Source: Trueperaceae bacterium (GTDB lineage Bacteria > Deinococcota > Deinococci > Deinococcales > Trueperaceae). Taken from it: 64,000 bases of DNA. The stretch spans positions 160,001-224,000 of the forward strand of contig OZ243913.1 of the NCBI GenBank assembly GCA_965213705.1. The letters run 5' to 3'. Below, piece after piece: positions 8,607-18,879 of the stretch (positions within the stretch are counted from its first letter, which is position 1; every line of letters starts with the position of its first letter). A model generated the notes under the pieces. It was given only the letters and a program-made list of their open reading frames with translations. It was not told the origin of the DNA and searched no databases. The translations under genes were made by a program, and so were the position numbers.

Positions 8607-10976
8607 TCAAATAATCTGCCGAAACCCGACGGCCTCGCTGCGGCGCTTCAGTTCGGCCTTCAATCGGCTGGCCCAGGGCGCGTTGAGTTGGGGGTCGGCG
8701 TCCAGCATCCGCTTGGCTAAGTCCCTTGACTTCTCGATGATGTCGCCGTCTTGGATCAGGTCGCCCAAGACCAGGTCGGGCAGCCCGGACTGGCGCGTGC
8801 CGCGAATCTCGCCGGGGCCGCGCAGTTCTAAGTCTTTTTCGGCGATGACGAAACCGTCGGTGTACTTTTCGATGACTTCCAAGCGGTGCTGCGTTTTCTT
8901 GCTGCGGTCACCCGCGACGAGGATGCAAAAGCTCTCGTGTTCGCCCCGCCCGACCCGCCCGCGGAGCTGGTGAAGTTGCGACAAACCGAAGCGCTCGGCG
9001 TTTTCGATAATCATCACGCTGGCGTTGGGGATGTCCACGCCGACCTCGATGACGGTGGTGGAGACGAGCAGGTCGAACTCGTGGCGGCGAAAGCGCTCCA
9101 TCGTCTCGTCTTTCTCGACGCCGGTCATCTTGCCGTGGAGCATGTCGATTCGGCAACCTTCGGGCATGATGAGCTTCAAGTCCTCGAACATCTGCGTGGT
9201 CGAGACGATGTGCTCGAGGGCTTCGGAATCTTCAATAAGAGGTGTGACCAGGTAAACCTGCCGCCCTTTTTGAATCTCGCCCCAGGCGAAGCGGTACACG
9301 TCGCGGCGTTTCGAGTCGTTCACCAGGCGCGTTTTGATGGGCTGGCGGCCCGGCGGCAGTTCGTCAATCACCGAGAGTTCTAAGTCGCCGTAGTAGGTCA
9401 GCGCCAAACTCCGCGGGATGGGCGTCGCGCTCATCACCAGCACGTCCGGGTTGCCCTGGAGGAGCTTGCGCCGCTGCTCGACGCCGAAGCGGTGCTCCTC
9501 GTCCACGACGGCTAACCCCAAGTCGCGGAACACCACGCCCTCCTGAATCAGCGCGTGCGTGCCGACGGCGAGGTCGACCTGGCTGCCGCTCAGCCGCTCG
9601 CGGGCCTCGCGGCGTTCGCGGTAGCTCATCGTGCCGATGAACAGTTCGCTCTGCACGCCGAGCGGGTAGAGGTACGCTATCAGGTTGAGGAAGTGCTGCC
9701 GCGCCAGGATTTCGGTCGGGGCCATGAGCGCGACCTGAAAACCGTTTTTTATCGCCACGAACGCCGCCGCCGCCGCGACGGCCGTCTTGCCCGAGCCCAC
9801 GTCGCCCTGGAGCAACCTAGCCATCTGTTTGGGCTCGGCCATGTCGGCCAGGATTTCGCGCAGCGCGCGGTCTTGCGCCCCGGTGAGTTTGAAGGGCAGG
9901 CTCGAGGAAAACGTCTTCAAGTCGCGTTCACGCACCGTGAAGTGTTTGCCCAACAGCGTCGTGTCGCGGTTGAGGAGCACGCGGAGTTCCAAGAAGAAAA
10001 ACTCGTCGAACTTCAAGCGCCGCGTCGCGGCTTGCAGGGCTTGCTCACTCGTCGGAAAGTGAATCTCACGTACCGCTGTGTCGAAGCTCACCAACGAGAA
10101 GCGGTCTAAAACGCTTTTCGGCAGGTGGTCGGGCAGCGTGGGCAGGGCTTCTAAGAGCCGGTAAGCCGCGCGGCGGATGTAGGCTTGCGACAAGCCTTGC
10201 GTCGCCCCGTAAATCCCCACGATTCGCCCGGCCGACAGCGACTCGCCCTCCTCGTCGATTTCGTGGTGCGCCACGCCTATGTCGACAAAGCGCCCCTTGC
10301 GTTTCACCTTGCCGGAGACGATTAAACGCTGGCCCGGAAAAAGCTGACTCTCCAACCACGGCTGGTTGAACCACACCGCCGTCACCCGGCCGCCGTGCTG
10401 GTCCTCCAACACCGCGCGCATCACACTCATGCCGCGTTTGGACTTGACCGCCTTGCGTCCGGTGACGGTGCCGACCAGCGTCACGCTCTCCTGGTCGCCC
10501 AACGCGCCGAAGTGCGGCAGGGCGCGGCGGTCTTCGTAGCGCTTGGGGTAGGTGTAGACGAGGTCGCGGTAGCTGTGGACGCCGATTCCGGCCAGTTTTT
10601 TGGGGGCTTGCGCGCCCAAGTCAATGGTTTTGTCGCTCAGGCTGTGGTCAAGGACGTTCAGCTCGAGGGTTTCGCGGGGCGTCTCCGGAACCGGCTCGGG
10701 CTCTGGCTTTTTGGTCCTGTTAAGTTTTTTGGCAGCTACGGGTGAAGCGCCCTCAGGCTCGAGCAAAGAGAGGGCTTGCTCGAGCTTTTGCTGCCTCTCG
10801 TCGGGCTCCAGGTCCGCGTAGCCCTTGACGAGCGCGCGCACGTCGCCGAACGGCTTACCGACCGTCTCGACGAGCTTTTCGATGCCGCCCACCACGACCC
10901 CGTCCTGGCAACCGGAGCGCAGTTCCAACAACAGGGGTTTTTTGAGGCGCTCGCGCAGGTCCTGGACACTTGCCAC
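8607..10976 (-). CDS. recG: ATP-dependent DNA helicase RecG
   Basis: QGDVGSGKT, DEEHRFG, MSATPIPRSL, QLHQLRGRVGRG. Confidence 0.97.
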   Translation of the reverse strand: MASVQDLRERLKKPLLLELRSGCQDGVVVGGIEKLVETVGKPFGDVRALVKGYADLEPDERQQKLEQALSLLEPEGASPVAAKKLNRTKKPEPEPVPETPRETLELNVLDHSLSDKTIDLGAQAPKKLAGIGVHSYRDLVYTYPKRYEDRRALPHFGALGDQESVTLVGTVTGRKAVKSKRGMSVMRAVLEDQHGGRVTAVWFNQPWLESQLFPGQRLIVSGKVKRKGRFVDIGVAHHEIDEEGESLSAGRIVGIYGATQGLSQAYIRRAAYRLLEALPTLPDHLPKSVLDRFSLVSFDTAVREIHFPTSEQALQAATRRLKFDEFFFLELRVLLNRDTTLLGKHFTVRERDLKTFSSSLPFKLTGAQDRALREILADMAEPKQMARLLQGDVGSGKTAVAAAAAFVAIKNGFQVALMAPTEILARQHFLNLIAYLYPLGVQSELFIGTMSYRERREARERLSGSQVDLAVGTHALIQEGVVFRDLGLAVVDEEHRFGVEQRRKLLQGNPDVLVMSATPIPRSLALTYYGDLELSVIDELPPGRQPIKTRLVNDSKRRDVYRFAWGEIQKGRQVYLVTPLIEDSEALEHIVSTTQMFEDLKLIMPEGCRIDMLHGKMTGVEKDETMERFRRHEFDLLVSTTVIEVGVDIPNASVMIIENAERFGLSQLHQLRGRVGRGEHESFCILVAGDRSKKTQHRLEVIEKYTDGFVIAEKDLELRGPGEIRGTRQSGLPDLVLGDLIQDGDIIEKSRDLAKRMLDADPQLNAPWASRLKAELKRRSEAVGFRQII

Positions 10977-11207
10977 GCCACTAAGTTTACATGCCGCAGC
11001 AAGTGGGCGGTGTCGAGCAGCGTCCGGGTCTCACGATTTACAAAGTGTTGGGGTTCATCGGTCGCTCTCAAACAGACTGCGAAGAACGAGCGACGAACAA
11101 CTCTTCCTCTCCGGTTCACAGTCTTGCGCAAACAAGTCGGGACGAAACGCCTGGCGAAAGCGGGGTTCTGACAAATCTATTTGAAAAGTTTGAGTATAGT
11201 TGTCTTT

Positions 11208-13031
11208 ATGACGTTTTTTCTCGAGCACGTAGGTCTCGCTATCGGCCTCGTCGTCGCGCTAGGCGCGGCGGCGCAGTGGCTGGCTTGGCGCGTCGGGCTG
11301 CCCGCTATTTTGCCGCTCTTGATCATCGGCTTCTTTTTGGGGCCGGTTTTAGGCCTCGTCAACCCGACCGACTTCGTCAGCGAAGATTTGCTGTTTCCGG
11401 CGATTTCACTCGCAGTCGGTTTGATTTTGTTCGAGGGTGGCCTGACACTGAGGTTCTCCGAATTGCGCGAAATCAGGGGCGTGGTGCGGCGACTCGTGAG
11501 TGTCGGCGCGCTCGTGACCTGGCTCGGCGCGACCGCCGCGGGGCACTACATCGTCGGCCTCAACCTAGGGCTGTCGTTTTTGTTCGGCGCGCTCGTGATG
11601 GTCACCGGCCCGACGGTCATCGGGCCGCTGCTGCGCATTGTGCGACCCACCTCCAAGGTCGGCAACGTGCTCAAGTGGGAGGGTATCTTAATCGACCCCA
11701 TCGGCGCGATGGTGGCGGTGCTGGTATTCGAGTATCTGGTGACTTTCAACCGAAGCGAAGCCTTAGGCCAGGTCGTGCTCGTGTTTTTGAAGTTCGTCGG
11801 GGTCGGTGGGCTGACCGGAGTTGTGGGCGGCCTGCTGCTCGCGGTTCTTCTCTCGCGTCGCCTCGTCCCGGACTACCTTGTCAGCTTAGTCGCGCTGGGT
11901 TTCGTGTTTTTGGTGTTCGCGGTGTCGGGTACCTTTGCCGAGGAGTCGGGTCTGCTGGCGACGACGATCATGGGCATCATCCTGGCAAACCGGCAGGTGC
12001 CGAACATCAAAAACCTGCTGAATTTCAAAGAAGACCTGACCGTGCTTTTTATCTCGCTGCTTTTTATCGTGCTCGCCGCCAACATCGAACTGGATACTCT
12101 ACTCCAGGTGCTGGACTTTTCGACCCTGCTGCTGCTGGCCGCCCTCATGCTGGTGGTGCGTCCGCTGAGCATCTTCATCAGCACCATCGGCTCGGACTTT
12201 ACTGTCAGGGAAAAGCTTTACCTGTCCTGGATAGCGCCGCGCGGCATCGTGGCGGCGGCGGTCAGTTCGCTGTTCGCCGCGGAACTGGTCGCCGAGGGCG
12301 CGACCGACGCCGCCGTTTTGGCACCGCTGGTTTTTACGGTCATCGTGGGCACGGTGCTGCTCAACAGCTTGACCGCTAAACCCGTGGCGCGCCTACTGGG
12401 CATCGCCGAGCCCGACCCGCAAGGTTTTCTCATCATGGGCGCGCACCCGTTCGCGCGGCGCATCGCCGAGTTTTTAAAAGGTGAGGGCGTGAACGTGTTG
12501 TTGTCAGACACCAACTGGCAAAACGTGTCGGCGGCGCGCGTCGAAGGCTTGGACGCTTACTACGGCAGTTTGCTGTCCGAGCGAAGCGACGACGAGTTGC
12601 GTTTATCCGGCATCGGCAGGCTGCTCGCACTCACCAGCAACGACGAGGCCAACGGTCTCGCCGCCCTGAAATACGCGCGCGAGTTCGATTCGCTGCACGT
12701 CTACCAGCTCAAACCCGGCCGCCCCAGCGAACGCGACCAGATAAGCGACGAGAGCCGCGGGCGCCTCCTGTTTCACAAGGCCGTCACCTACGCTGAGTTG
12801 AGCCACCTGTTCAGCCGCGGCGCGAAGATCAAAAAGACGAACATCACCGAGCGTTTCAACCTTGCCGACTTCGAAGCCGTCCACGGCACCAACTACTTGC
12901 CCATGTTTGTCATCAACGGTTCCAACGTGCGCGTGCTCGCCGAAGACGACCCCATTCAGGAAACGACCGGGACGCTGGTCGCGCTGGTCTTGGAGCCCGA
13001 ACCCGAAGAGGTTATGGCGGCGACGGCGTAA
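11208..13031 (+). CDS. CPA1 Na+(K+)/H+ antiporter with C-terminal TrkA-N-like domain
   Basis: ILFEGG, TGPTVI, WEGILIDP, APRGIVAAA; start set at ATG 11208 after TATAGT -10. Confidence 0.9.
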   Translation: MTFFLEHVGLAIGLVVALGAAAQWLAWRVGLPAILPLLIIGFFLGPVLGLVNPTDFVSEDLLFPAISLAVGLILFEGGLTLRFSELREIRGVVRRLVSVGALVTWLGATAAGHYIVGLNLGLSFLFGALVMVTGPTVIGPLLRIVRPTSKVGNVLKWEGILIDPIGAMVAVLVFEYLVTFNRSEALGQVVLVFLKFVGVGGLTGVVGGLLLAVLLSRRLVPDYLVSLVALGFVFLVFAVSGTFAEESGLLATTIMGIILANRQVPNIKNLLNFKEDLTVLFISLLFIVLAANIELDTLLQVLDFSTLLLLAALMLVVRPLSIFISTIGSDFTVREKLYLSWIAPRGIVAAAVSSLFAAELVAEGATDAAVLAPLVFTVIVGTVLLNSLTAKPVARLLGIAEPDPQGFLIMGAHPFARRIAEFLKGEGVNVLLSDTNWQNVSAARVEGLDAYYGSLLSERSDDELRLSGIGRLLALTSNDEANGLAALKYAREFDSLHVYQLKPGRPSERDQISDESRGRLLFHKAVTYAELSHLFSRGAKIKKTNITERFNLADFEAVHGTNYLPMFVINGSNVRVLAEDDPIQETTGTLVALVLEPEPEEVMAATA

Positions 13032-13092
13032 GAAAAGACGCATTTACAACAATAGAACGAGTGTACAGCCCTCGTTCTATTTCTTCTCGCTG

Positions 13093-13172
13093 AGCAGTCC
13101 TGAACCGATGGTATCATCAACGATTTACCAACGCTCAGCAATTAAAGTCACTACCTCTGGTTCAGGACTGCT
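13093..13172. repeat. 80-bp element with perfect 14-bp terminal inverted repeats (MITE-like)
   Basis: AGCAGTCCTGAACC (13093-13106) and GGTTCAGGACTGCT (13159-13172). Confidence 0.55.
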
Positions 13173-13175
13173 TGC

Positions 13176-13205
13176 TCCGGTTAATTCCTTAAAGAATTAA
13201 CCGGA
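13176..13205. terminator. Hairpin between the convergent antiporter and Crp genes
   Basis: TCCGGTTAATTC-cttaaa-GAATTAACCGGA, 12-bp perfect stem. Confidence 0.5.
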
Positions 13206-13212
13206 AAGGGTG

Positions 13213-13914
13213 TTACTCGCTCGCCTCGTCCAAAAACTGCTGCAACTTTTTCGGGTTGACCGTGATTGGTGCGCGGCGGCGGCGCACCGCGCCGTACTCG
13301 AGCAACCTCGCCAAGCAGTGCGACACGGTTTCGCGGGTCGCGCCTATCATCTTGGCTAAGTCTTGCTGGGTCAGGTTCAGGTCGATGACCGTGCCACGCT
13401 CGCCGTCGACGCCGAAGTCGCTCGAGAGCCGCAGCAGCAGGTTCGCCAAGCGGCCCGGCGCGTCGTAAGCGCCGACCTCGGCGAACCGCGCCTCGGCGCG
13501 CCACAGGTTGGTGGACATGACCTGGATGAACTTCATGGCGATTTTGGGGTACTGCTGGAGCAAGCGCTGAAAGTCGGTTTCGGGCAGCACGATGAGGGTG
13601 GTGTCGCTCACCGCCTCGGCCTGGTTGGGGCGGCGCTCGCTTTGCAGCAGCAGCAACTCGCCAAAAGCGTCGTACTTGCCGAACAGCGCCAAAATCATCT
13701 CTTTGCCGTTGGGAAAGTACATCGAGATTTTGACCATGCCGTCGCGGATAAAGTAGAGCGCGTCGGCGGGGTCTTCCATGTGGTAGATGATTTCCCCGGC
13801 GCTGAACTTTTTGTACGGGGTGATGCGGGTGATTTGCTCCAACTCGTCCTCGGACAAGTCTTCGAACAACTGCGTGTTTTTGAGGTGCCAAACGAGGCTG
13901 GGATATTCTTGCAT
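13213..13914 (-). CDS. Crp/Fnr family transcriptional regulator
   Basis: cNMP-binding FGE motif; HTH LTQQDLAKMIGATRETVS. Confidence 0.93.
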   Translation of the reverse strand: MQEYPSLVWHLKNTQLFEDLSEDELEQITRITPYKKFSAGEIIYHMEDPADALYFIRDGMVKISMYFPNGKEMILALFGKYDAFGELLLLQSERRPNQAEAVSDTTLIVLPETDFQRLLQQYPKIAMKFIQVMSTNLWRAEARFAEVGAYDAPGRLANLLLRLSSDFGVDGERGTVIDLNLTQQDLAKMIGATRETVSHCLARLLEYGAVRRRRAPITVNPKKLQQFLDEASE

Positions 13915-14010
13915 GGGTCAGAGTATCTTACCGGCGCGGCTCTAAGCAACACTAAAATGAGAAAAATGGGCGAAATTGAGGGGAAAGTGAGATTATTCGC
14001 ACCGCGTCTT

Positions 14011-14931
14011 CTAGGCTATTCGGGGCGGCCCCGGCAAGTAAGTGTCGTCCGGCAACGCCGCGAGTTGGGTCAACTGACTTTTCACAAGCCCGGATAGTTC
14101 GGCCTCGCCGGGCGGCTCGAGCAGCAAGCTGAGCGGGTGCCGCTTCGCCAGTTCGTTCAGCACCACGAAACCGATAACGTAGCCCGCGCGACCCGGCACC
14201 TGGGGGTCGTTCGTCCAGGGGGTGAAGTAACGCCTGTTCGTCTTTTCATCCGTCGACGCCAGCTTGGCGGCGAGGTCGGAGGCTAAAAAAGCCCTGTCCT
14301 GCCAGACCCGTTTGAACAAACCCTCGGGGAAGTCGAGGGTCAGCTCAACGTAGTCGGCCGACGGGTTGAGGAGGTGACTGACGTAGACCGCCAAGCCTTC
14401 TTCCCACAAACTCAGCAAAAGCTTATCCGAACCGTACCAGTGCGTCGTCGGGACGTGCAGTTGCTTGGTGTAGGCGTGCAACAGCTCGTGGTGAAAGAAG
14501 GGCGTTTCGTTTTCCCAGGGGTGATACCTAGCCATCATGTCCAGACCGAAGATAAAGGTGTGCTCGCCGTCCAGCTTGCGCGTGCCCCCGTCCATGCTTT
14601 TTAGAGAGTGCAGCAGGTGAACGTCGAAACCCGCGTCGAAGTCGGGAAAGGTTTGTTGAAACGACGCCACCGCGTCTGCAAGCTGCTTCGGCACGGCGCT
14701 TTGCAGCCGGACGAACTCGTCCCGGTAAGTTCCAAAAGCCGCTAACTCCCCCAACAGCGCGGCCTCGACGTCCTCCCCCCGCTTTTCCCATTCGGACAAC
14801 CGCAGACTGTAAAAAGCGGGGTTGGCGGGGTGCAGGTCGGACCAGAAACGCCTCAGCTTTTCGGCGTCCGACTCGCCTTGGGTCGCGTCGAAAAAGGTGA
14901 GAAAGTGAGGAGTTGTGTCATGAACCGTCAT
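14011..14931 (-). CDS. Putative Zn-dependent peptidase (DUF2268-like gluzincin)
   Basis: HHELLH plus EEGLA, and GYVIG near the C-terminus. Confidence 0.7.
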   Translation of the reverse strand: MTVHDTTPHFLTFFDATQGESDAEKLRRFWSDLHPANPAFYSLRLSEWEKRGEDVEAALLGELAAFGTYRDEFVRLQSAVPKQLADAVASFQQTFPDFDAGFDVHLLHSLKSMDGGTRKLDGEHTFIFGLDMMARYHPWENETPFFHHELLHAYTKQLHVPTTHWYGSDKLLLSLWEEGLAVYVSHLLNPSADYVELTLDFPEGLFKRVWQDRAFLASDLAAKLASTDEKTNRRYFTPWTNDPQVPGRAGYVIGFVVLNELAKRHPLSLLLEPPGEAELSGLVKSQLTQLAALPDDTYLPGPPRIA

Positions 14932-14964
14932 TGAGCTGGACCTTTGGCGCGTGACATGTCCTGA

Positions 14965-15969
14965 TTACAGGTTGAGGAAGGGCTCGAGCCGCCGCACGCC
15001 CGTCAGCTTTTCCCGCAAACGCTCGCCGTACGCTGAACCGGTAAAGTCGTCTATCGTCACGCGCATGTAGTGGGCGTTGGCGTGAATAAAACGTGTACCG
15101 CCCAAAGACAGCGCCACGTGGCCGGGAAAAAAGAGGAGGTCGCCGGGTTGCGCGTCGTCGGGGCCGACTTCCGCGCCGCAGCGCGCTTGCTGGTCCGCGT
15201 CGCGGGGCAAGGCCACACCGAACGCGCCGTAAACGGTCTGGACGAGGCCCGAGCAGTCCAGGCCCCAGGCGCTCACGCCGCCCCAACTGTAGGGCGTCTC
15301 GAGAAACCTCTTTGCAAAATGGGTCACGGCGTGCGGACTGGGTTCGGGGTGAGGAGTAGTTAGGGGCTCGAGCAAACTCGTCCTGACGTACCCCGTTCCG
15401 TCACGCCCGTACACGACCCGCGCCCAGCCTTTTTCCTCACCTTCGACCCGCAACGCTCCTCCGAACGAAAGCTCGAAAAGACGTTCGCTCGCCACCGTCG
15501 GCGCGGCGAAAACGTGGCCGCGCGGCGCGGTAAAGCGGTAGTTGGGCTCGGGCAGGGTTTCGGCAAGCGCGGCAGCGTTCAACCAGCCCAAATACCCGTC
15601 ACGTTCCGTTGTCACGCGCAACCAGGCGTCCACGCGGTCGTAAACGTGTACCCGTTCGCCGTAGAGAAGTTCGTTCGCGGTTTCGCCGTCGGGGCGGGGC
15701 GCGGCGCGCAAAAAGACACGCTGGGGTAGGACGTAATGCAGGGTCGGGCTTATAAACTCGACCGCCGACCCGATACCTTGCTCGGCAGCAAAATGGGACA
15801 GGTCGGGCTCGAGCGCAGCTTCGGCCACCCCGGTCAGCACGCCGCCCTGCACGCCCACGTCGCAGAGCGCGGTGCGCGGGTCAGGGACGAGGTCACGTCT
15901 AAAGCGTGCAAAAGTTTCGGTCAAACTCGCAGGTTCCGGACTCACAGGACGACTCGTTTCAGACGCCAC
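14965..15969 (-). CDS. NlpC/P60 (C40) peptidase with SH3-like domains
   Basis: PYSWGG…GLDCSGLV, GDLLFFPGHVA, IHAN; start uncertain (GTG 15969 or 15945). Confidence 0.88.
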   Translation of the reverse strand: MASETSRPVSPEPASLTETFARFRRDLVPDPRTALCDVGVQGGVLTGVAEAALEPDLSHFAAEQGIGSAVEFISPTLHYVLPQRVFLRAAPRPDGETANELLYGERVHVYDRVDAWLRVTTERDGYLGWLNAAALAETLPEPNYRFTAPRGHVFAAPTVASERLFELSFGGALRVEGEEKGWARVVYGRDGTGYVRTSLLEPLTTPHPEPSPHAVTHFAKRFLETPYSWGGVSAWGLDCSGLVQTVYGAFGVALPRDADQQARCGAEVGPDDAQPGDLLFFPGHVALSLGGTRFIHANAHYMRVTIDDFTGSAYGERLREKLTGVRRLEPFLNL

Positions 15970-16438
15970 GATTGGACAACCCCGCCGGGTCTTCGGCGTC
16001 GCTGGGGCCGAGCGCTTCGGAGGCCGCGCCGAGCGCGCCCCACTCGTCCACGCTGCCCTCCTCAAGATAGGGTTCGAGGCCGCGCAGGTAGCCCGCGCGC
16101 GCAATCATGTAGCTCGACAAGGGCGCGGTGAGAAAGAAAAACGCGGCCGTGAGCAGCACCCGCTGGGTCACGCCGAGGGGCGCGAAGGCAATCGCCGCGC
16201 CGCCGAACACGCCGATGCCGCCCAGAGTCACGAGCTTGCTCGAGGCGTGCAGGCGCGCGTAAAAGTCCGGAAACCTGAGCATTCCGATACCCGCCGTGAG
16301 GATGAACACGCAACCGAACAAGATGAGCAGTTCCGCGACCACGCTGCTCCTGACCGCTCGCTCGACGCTCGCCGCCTCCGGCGAGGCGAACGCGACCGCG
16401 CTCAGCAGCCCTAGCCAGACGTTGAGCTTGCCCCTCAC
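15959..16438 (-). CDS. mrpG: Mrp antiporter subunit G
   Basis: GMLRFPDFYARLHA, LTAP; operon position. Confidence 0.9.
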   Translation of the reverse strand: MRGKLNVWLGLLSAVAFASPEAASVERAVRSSVVAELLILFGCVFILTAGIGMLRFPDFYARLHASSKLVTLGGIGVFGGAAIAFAPLGVTQRVLLTAAFFFLTAPLSSYMIARAGYLRGLEPYLEEGSVDEWGALGAASEALGPSDAEDPAGLSNRGV

Positions 16439-16695
16439 CGCATCACCCGGCCGCCCAGCAAGTACCGCGCCAGCGCGACCGTGCTCAAAAAACCCAAAAT
16501 CGACACGATGAGCGCCACGTCGATAAACGCCGCCTGACCCGTTTTGAGGGCAACCACCATGACGAGCACCGCCACGCCGGTGCTCAAGAAGTCCAGCGCC
16601 GCGATGCGGTCACCCCAGGTCGGCCCGGCCAGCGCCCGGTAAAGCGTGAGGCCGATGGCGACGACGAGACAAACGAGTGCGATGGTTAGGACCAT
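16435..16695 (-). CDS. mrpF: Mrp antiporter subunit F
   Basis: GPTWGDRIAALD, GFLSTVALARY; GGAGG RBS before ATG 16695. Confidence 0.9.
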   Translation of the reverse strand: MVLTIALVCLVVAIGLTLYRALAGPTWGDRIAALDFLSTGVAVLVMVVALKTGQAAFIDVALIVSILGFLSTVALARYLLGGRVMR

Positions 16696-16737
16696 GATGA
16701 CCTCCGTAGGGAGTGTAGGTTTTGAAATAGGCTTGGG

Positions 16738-16835
16738 AAAGTACCGAGGACCGAGTTGAAAGTACCGAGTGAAAGGCAAAAGCTTTTGACCTTAGTCTTC
16801 TCTCTTTCTACTCGGTACTCAGGACTCGGTCCTTT
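16738..16835. repeat. Heptamer-based palindromic insertion between mrpE and mrpF
   Basis: Arms AAGTACCGAGGACCGAG…AGTACCGAGT and ACTCGGTACT…GACTCGGTCC. Confidence 0.6.
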
Positions 16836-16849
16836 TTGCCCCGTCCGCC

Positions 16850-17317
16850 TCACCTCATAAACCCCAGAATAAGCGTCTCGATGCGGGTGATGTTGGCGTG
16901 AGCTTTGCCCAGTTCAGCCTCGCCGATGGCGTGGGCGTAAAGGACCGACTTGTCCGCCGACACGCCCATCGCGACCGTACCCGGCAGCAGCGTGATGGTC
17001 GCGGCGAGAAGCGAAATCGCGCCGTCGCTCTGCAGGCGCAGCGGCACCGCGAGCACGTGCGGGTGAAAGGCGGGCCGCGGCAACAGGGTCAACTTGGTAA
17101 CCGCGAAACTCGCCACGACCAGTTCAACCAAAAAGCGGTAGACGAAAAACACCAGCGCCCCGAGCCGCTTCGGGAACGAGCGCTCCCGGTCGCGCTGCAC
17201 GATGCTGAGGAGGAACAAGCCGAGCAGCGCCCCCACGACGAGGTTGTACCCCGACAACTCGCCGAAAAACAGCGACCAAACGAGGGAAAAACCCAAAATA
17301 GCGAGGATGTCGACCAT
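16850..17317 (-). CDS. mrpE: Mrp antiporter subunit E
   Basis: ITLLPGT, LYAHAI. Confidence 0.9.
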   Translation of the reverse strand: MVDILAILGFSLVWSLFFGELSGYNLVVGALLGLFLLSIVQRDRERSFPKRLGALVFFVYRFLVELVVASFAVTKLTLLPRPAFHPHVLAVPLRLQSDGAISLLAATITLLPGTVAMGVSADKSVLYAHAIGEAELGKAHANITRIETLILGFMR

Positions 17318-18879
17318 CAGCGACCTTCGTCCCCAATACCTTCATTCTGGACGGGTGGGGAGGTCGAATCGGCGGGTGGCGTGAGGACGGCGGTAACATA
17401 TGCGCCGTTGGTCTCCAACTGGAGAGCCGTTTTTTCAGCCGCGCCGAACACGGGGCCGCTGAAAACGGCCAAGCCCGCGACCAAGAGGACGGCGGTGAGC
17501 GTTACCAGCCTCATCCCGGCGGGCAACTCGACGTGGTGGACGGCGTCGGATTCGCCCCAAAAAAAGCCGCGCCAGATTTGCATGGCAGCGTAGAGCAGCA
17601 GCAACCCTGCCAGCACCGCGCTGGTTGCCACCGAAATGTTGAGCGCGCTCGGCGCGCTCAAGAGCGCGGTAAGGAGCGCGTACTTGCCGATAAACCCGCT
17701 TGTCGGCGGCAGACCGGCCAACGCCAGCGCACCTATAAAAAAGCCGACGCCCAGGTAAGGGTAGCTGCTGAGGTGGCCGCTCGAGCGGTAACGCTCCCCG
17801 CCGACTTTTTCGGCGAGCGCGGCGATGAGAAAGAGCATAAAAATGAGCAGCACCGAGTGGACGAGGTAGTAAAGCGCCGCGCTCAAACCCGCCGCCGTGC
17901 CGATAAACGCGCCCATCACCAGGTAACCGACCGAAGAGACGTTGGCAAACGCAAGCGCGTGCCGCCAGCGCTGCCGCGCAATCATGCCGAACGCGCCGAC
18001 GAGAATCGTCACCCCGGCCAGCACGAGCAAGACAAGCTGCAGCCCCCGCTCTTGCGGAAACAGCAGCGTAAAGCTGCGAATCAAGGTGTACACGCCCACC
18101 TTGGTGAGCAGTGACGCAAAAAACGCGCTCACCGCCGCCGTGGGCACCGGATAGGCGTTCGGCAACCAAAAACCGAGCGGAAACAGCGCCGACTTGGTCG
18201 CGAAGACCAGTGCCAGCAACGCCGCGACGAGCGTCACGCGCGCGTCCGGCCCGTGCGCCGCGACGCGCACCGAAATGTCCGCCATGTTGAGCGTGCCGAA
18301 CAACCCGTAAGCGAAGCCCGCCGCCACCACGAACACCGCCGAGGCGACCAGGTTGATGACGACATATTTGAAACCCTCGCGCAGTTGCGGCAACTCGTTG
18401 CCCAAGAGCAGCAACCCGTAGGACGAAATCAGCATCACCTCGAACGCGACGAACAAGTTGAACAGGTCGCCCGTCAAAAACGACATGTTGACGCCCATAA
18501 ACAAAAATTGCAGCAGCGCCTGGGCGCCCAGGCGCTCGCGCAGCTGGTTGAGCGTCGCCGACTGGCCCCGGCGCGGCGCGTGTTGCAGCGACGAGCCCGC
18601 GAACAGCACAGTGAGCAGTCCGACCAGTCCGCTCAAACCCAACATCGTCCCGGTAAGCCGGTCGGCGACGAGGCTGATGCCCCAGGGCGCGGCCCACTGC
18701 GCCATCTGCACGACCAAAACCTCACCTTGCAGGGTGCGTTCCAGAATAAAAACGTCGGCGAGCAGGGTGAGCGTCGCGGCGACGGTCGCCACAACGGTGC
18801 GCGCTCCGGGACGCCCCACCAACAACAATACCGACCCCGCTAAAAGCGGCAGTAACACCGGCAAGGCGAGAAGGTTCAC
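17317..18879 (-). CDS. mrpD: Mrp antiporter subunit D
   Basis: TGDLFNLFVAFEVML, KSALFPLGFWLP, GLPPTSGFIGK. Confidence 0.93.
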   Translation of the reverse strand: MNLLALPVLLPLLAGSVLLLVGRPGARTVVATVAATLTLLADVFILERTLQGEVLVVQMAQWAAPWGISLVADRLTGTMLGLSGLVGLLTVLFAGSSLQHAPRRGQSATLNQLRERLGAQALLQFLFMGVNMSFLTGDLFNLFVAFEVMLISSYGLLLLGNELPQLREGFKYVVINLVASAVFVVAAGFAYGLFGTLNMADISVRVAAHGPDARVTLVAALLALVFATKSALFPLGFWLPNAYPVPTAAVSAFFASLLTKVGVYTLIRSFTLLFPQERGLQLVLLVLAGVTILVGAFGMIARQRWRHALAFANVSSVGYLVMGAFIGTAAGLSAALYYLVHSVLLIFMLFLIAALAEKVGGERYRSSGHLSSYPYLGVGFFIGALALAGLPPTSGFIGKYALLTALLSAPSALNISVATSAVLAGLLLLYAAMQIWRGFFWGESDAVHHVELPAGMRLVTLTAVLLVAGLAVFSGPVFGAAEKTALQLETNGAYVTAVLTPPADSTSPPVQNEGIGDEGR

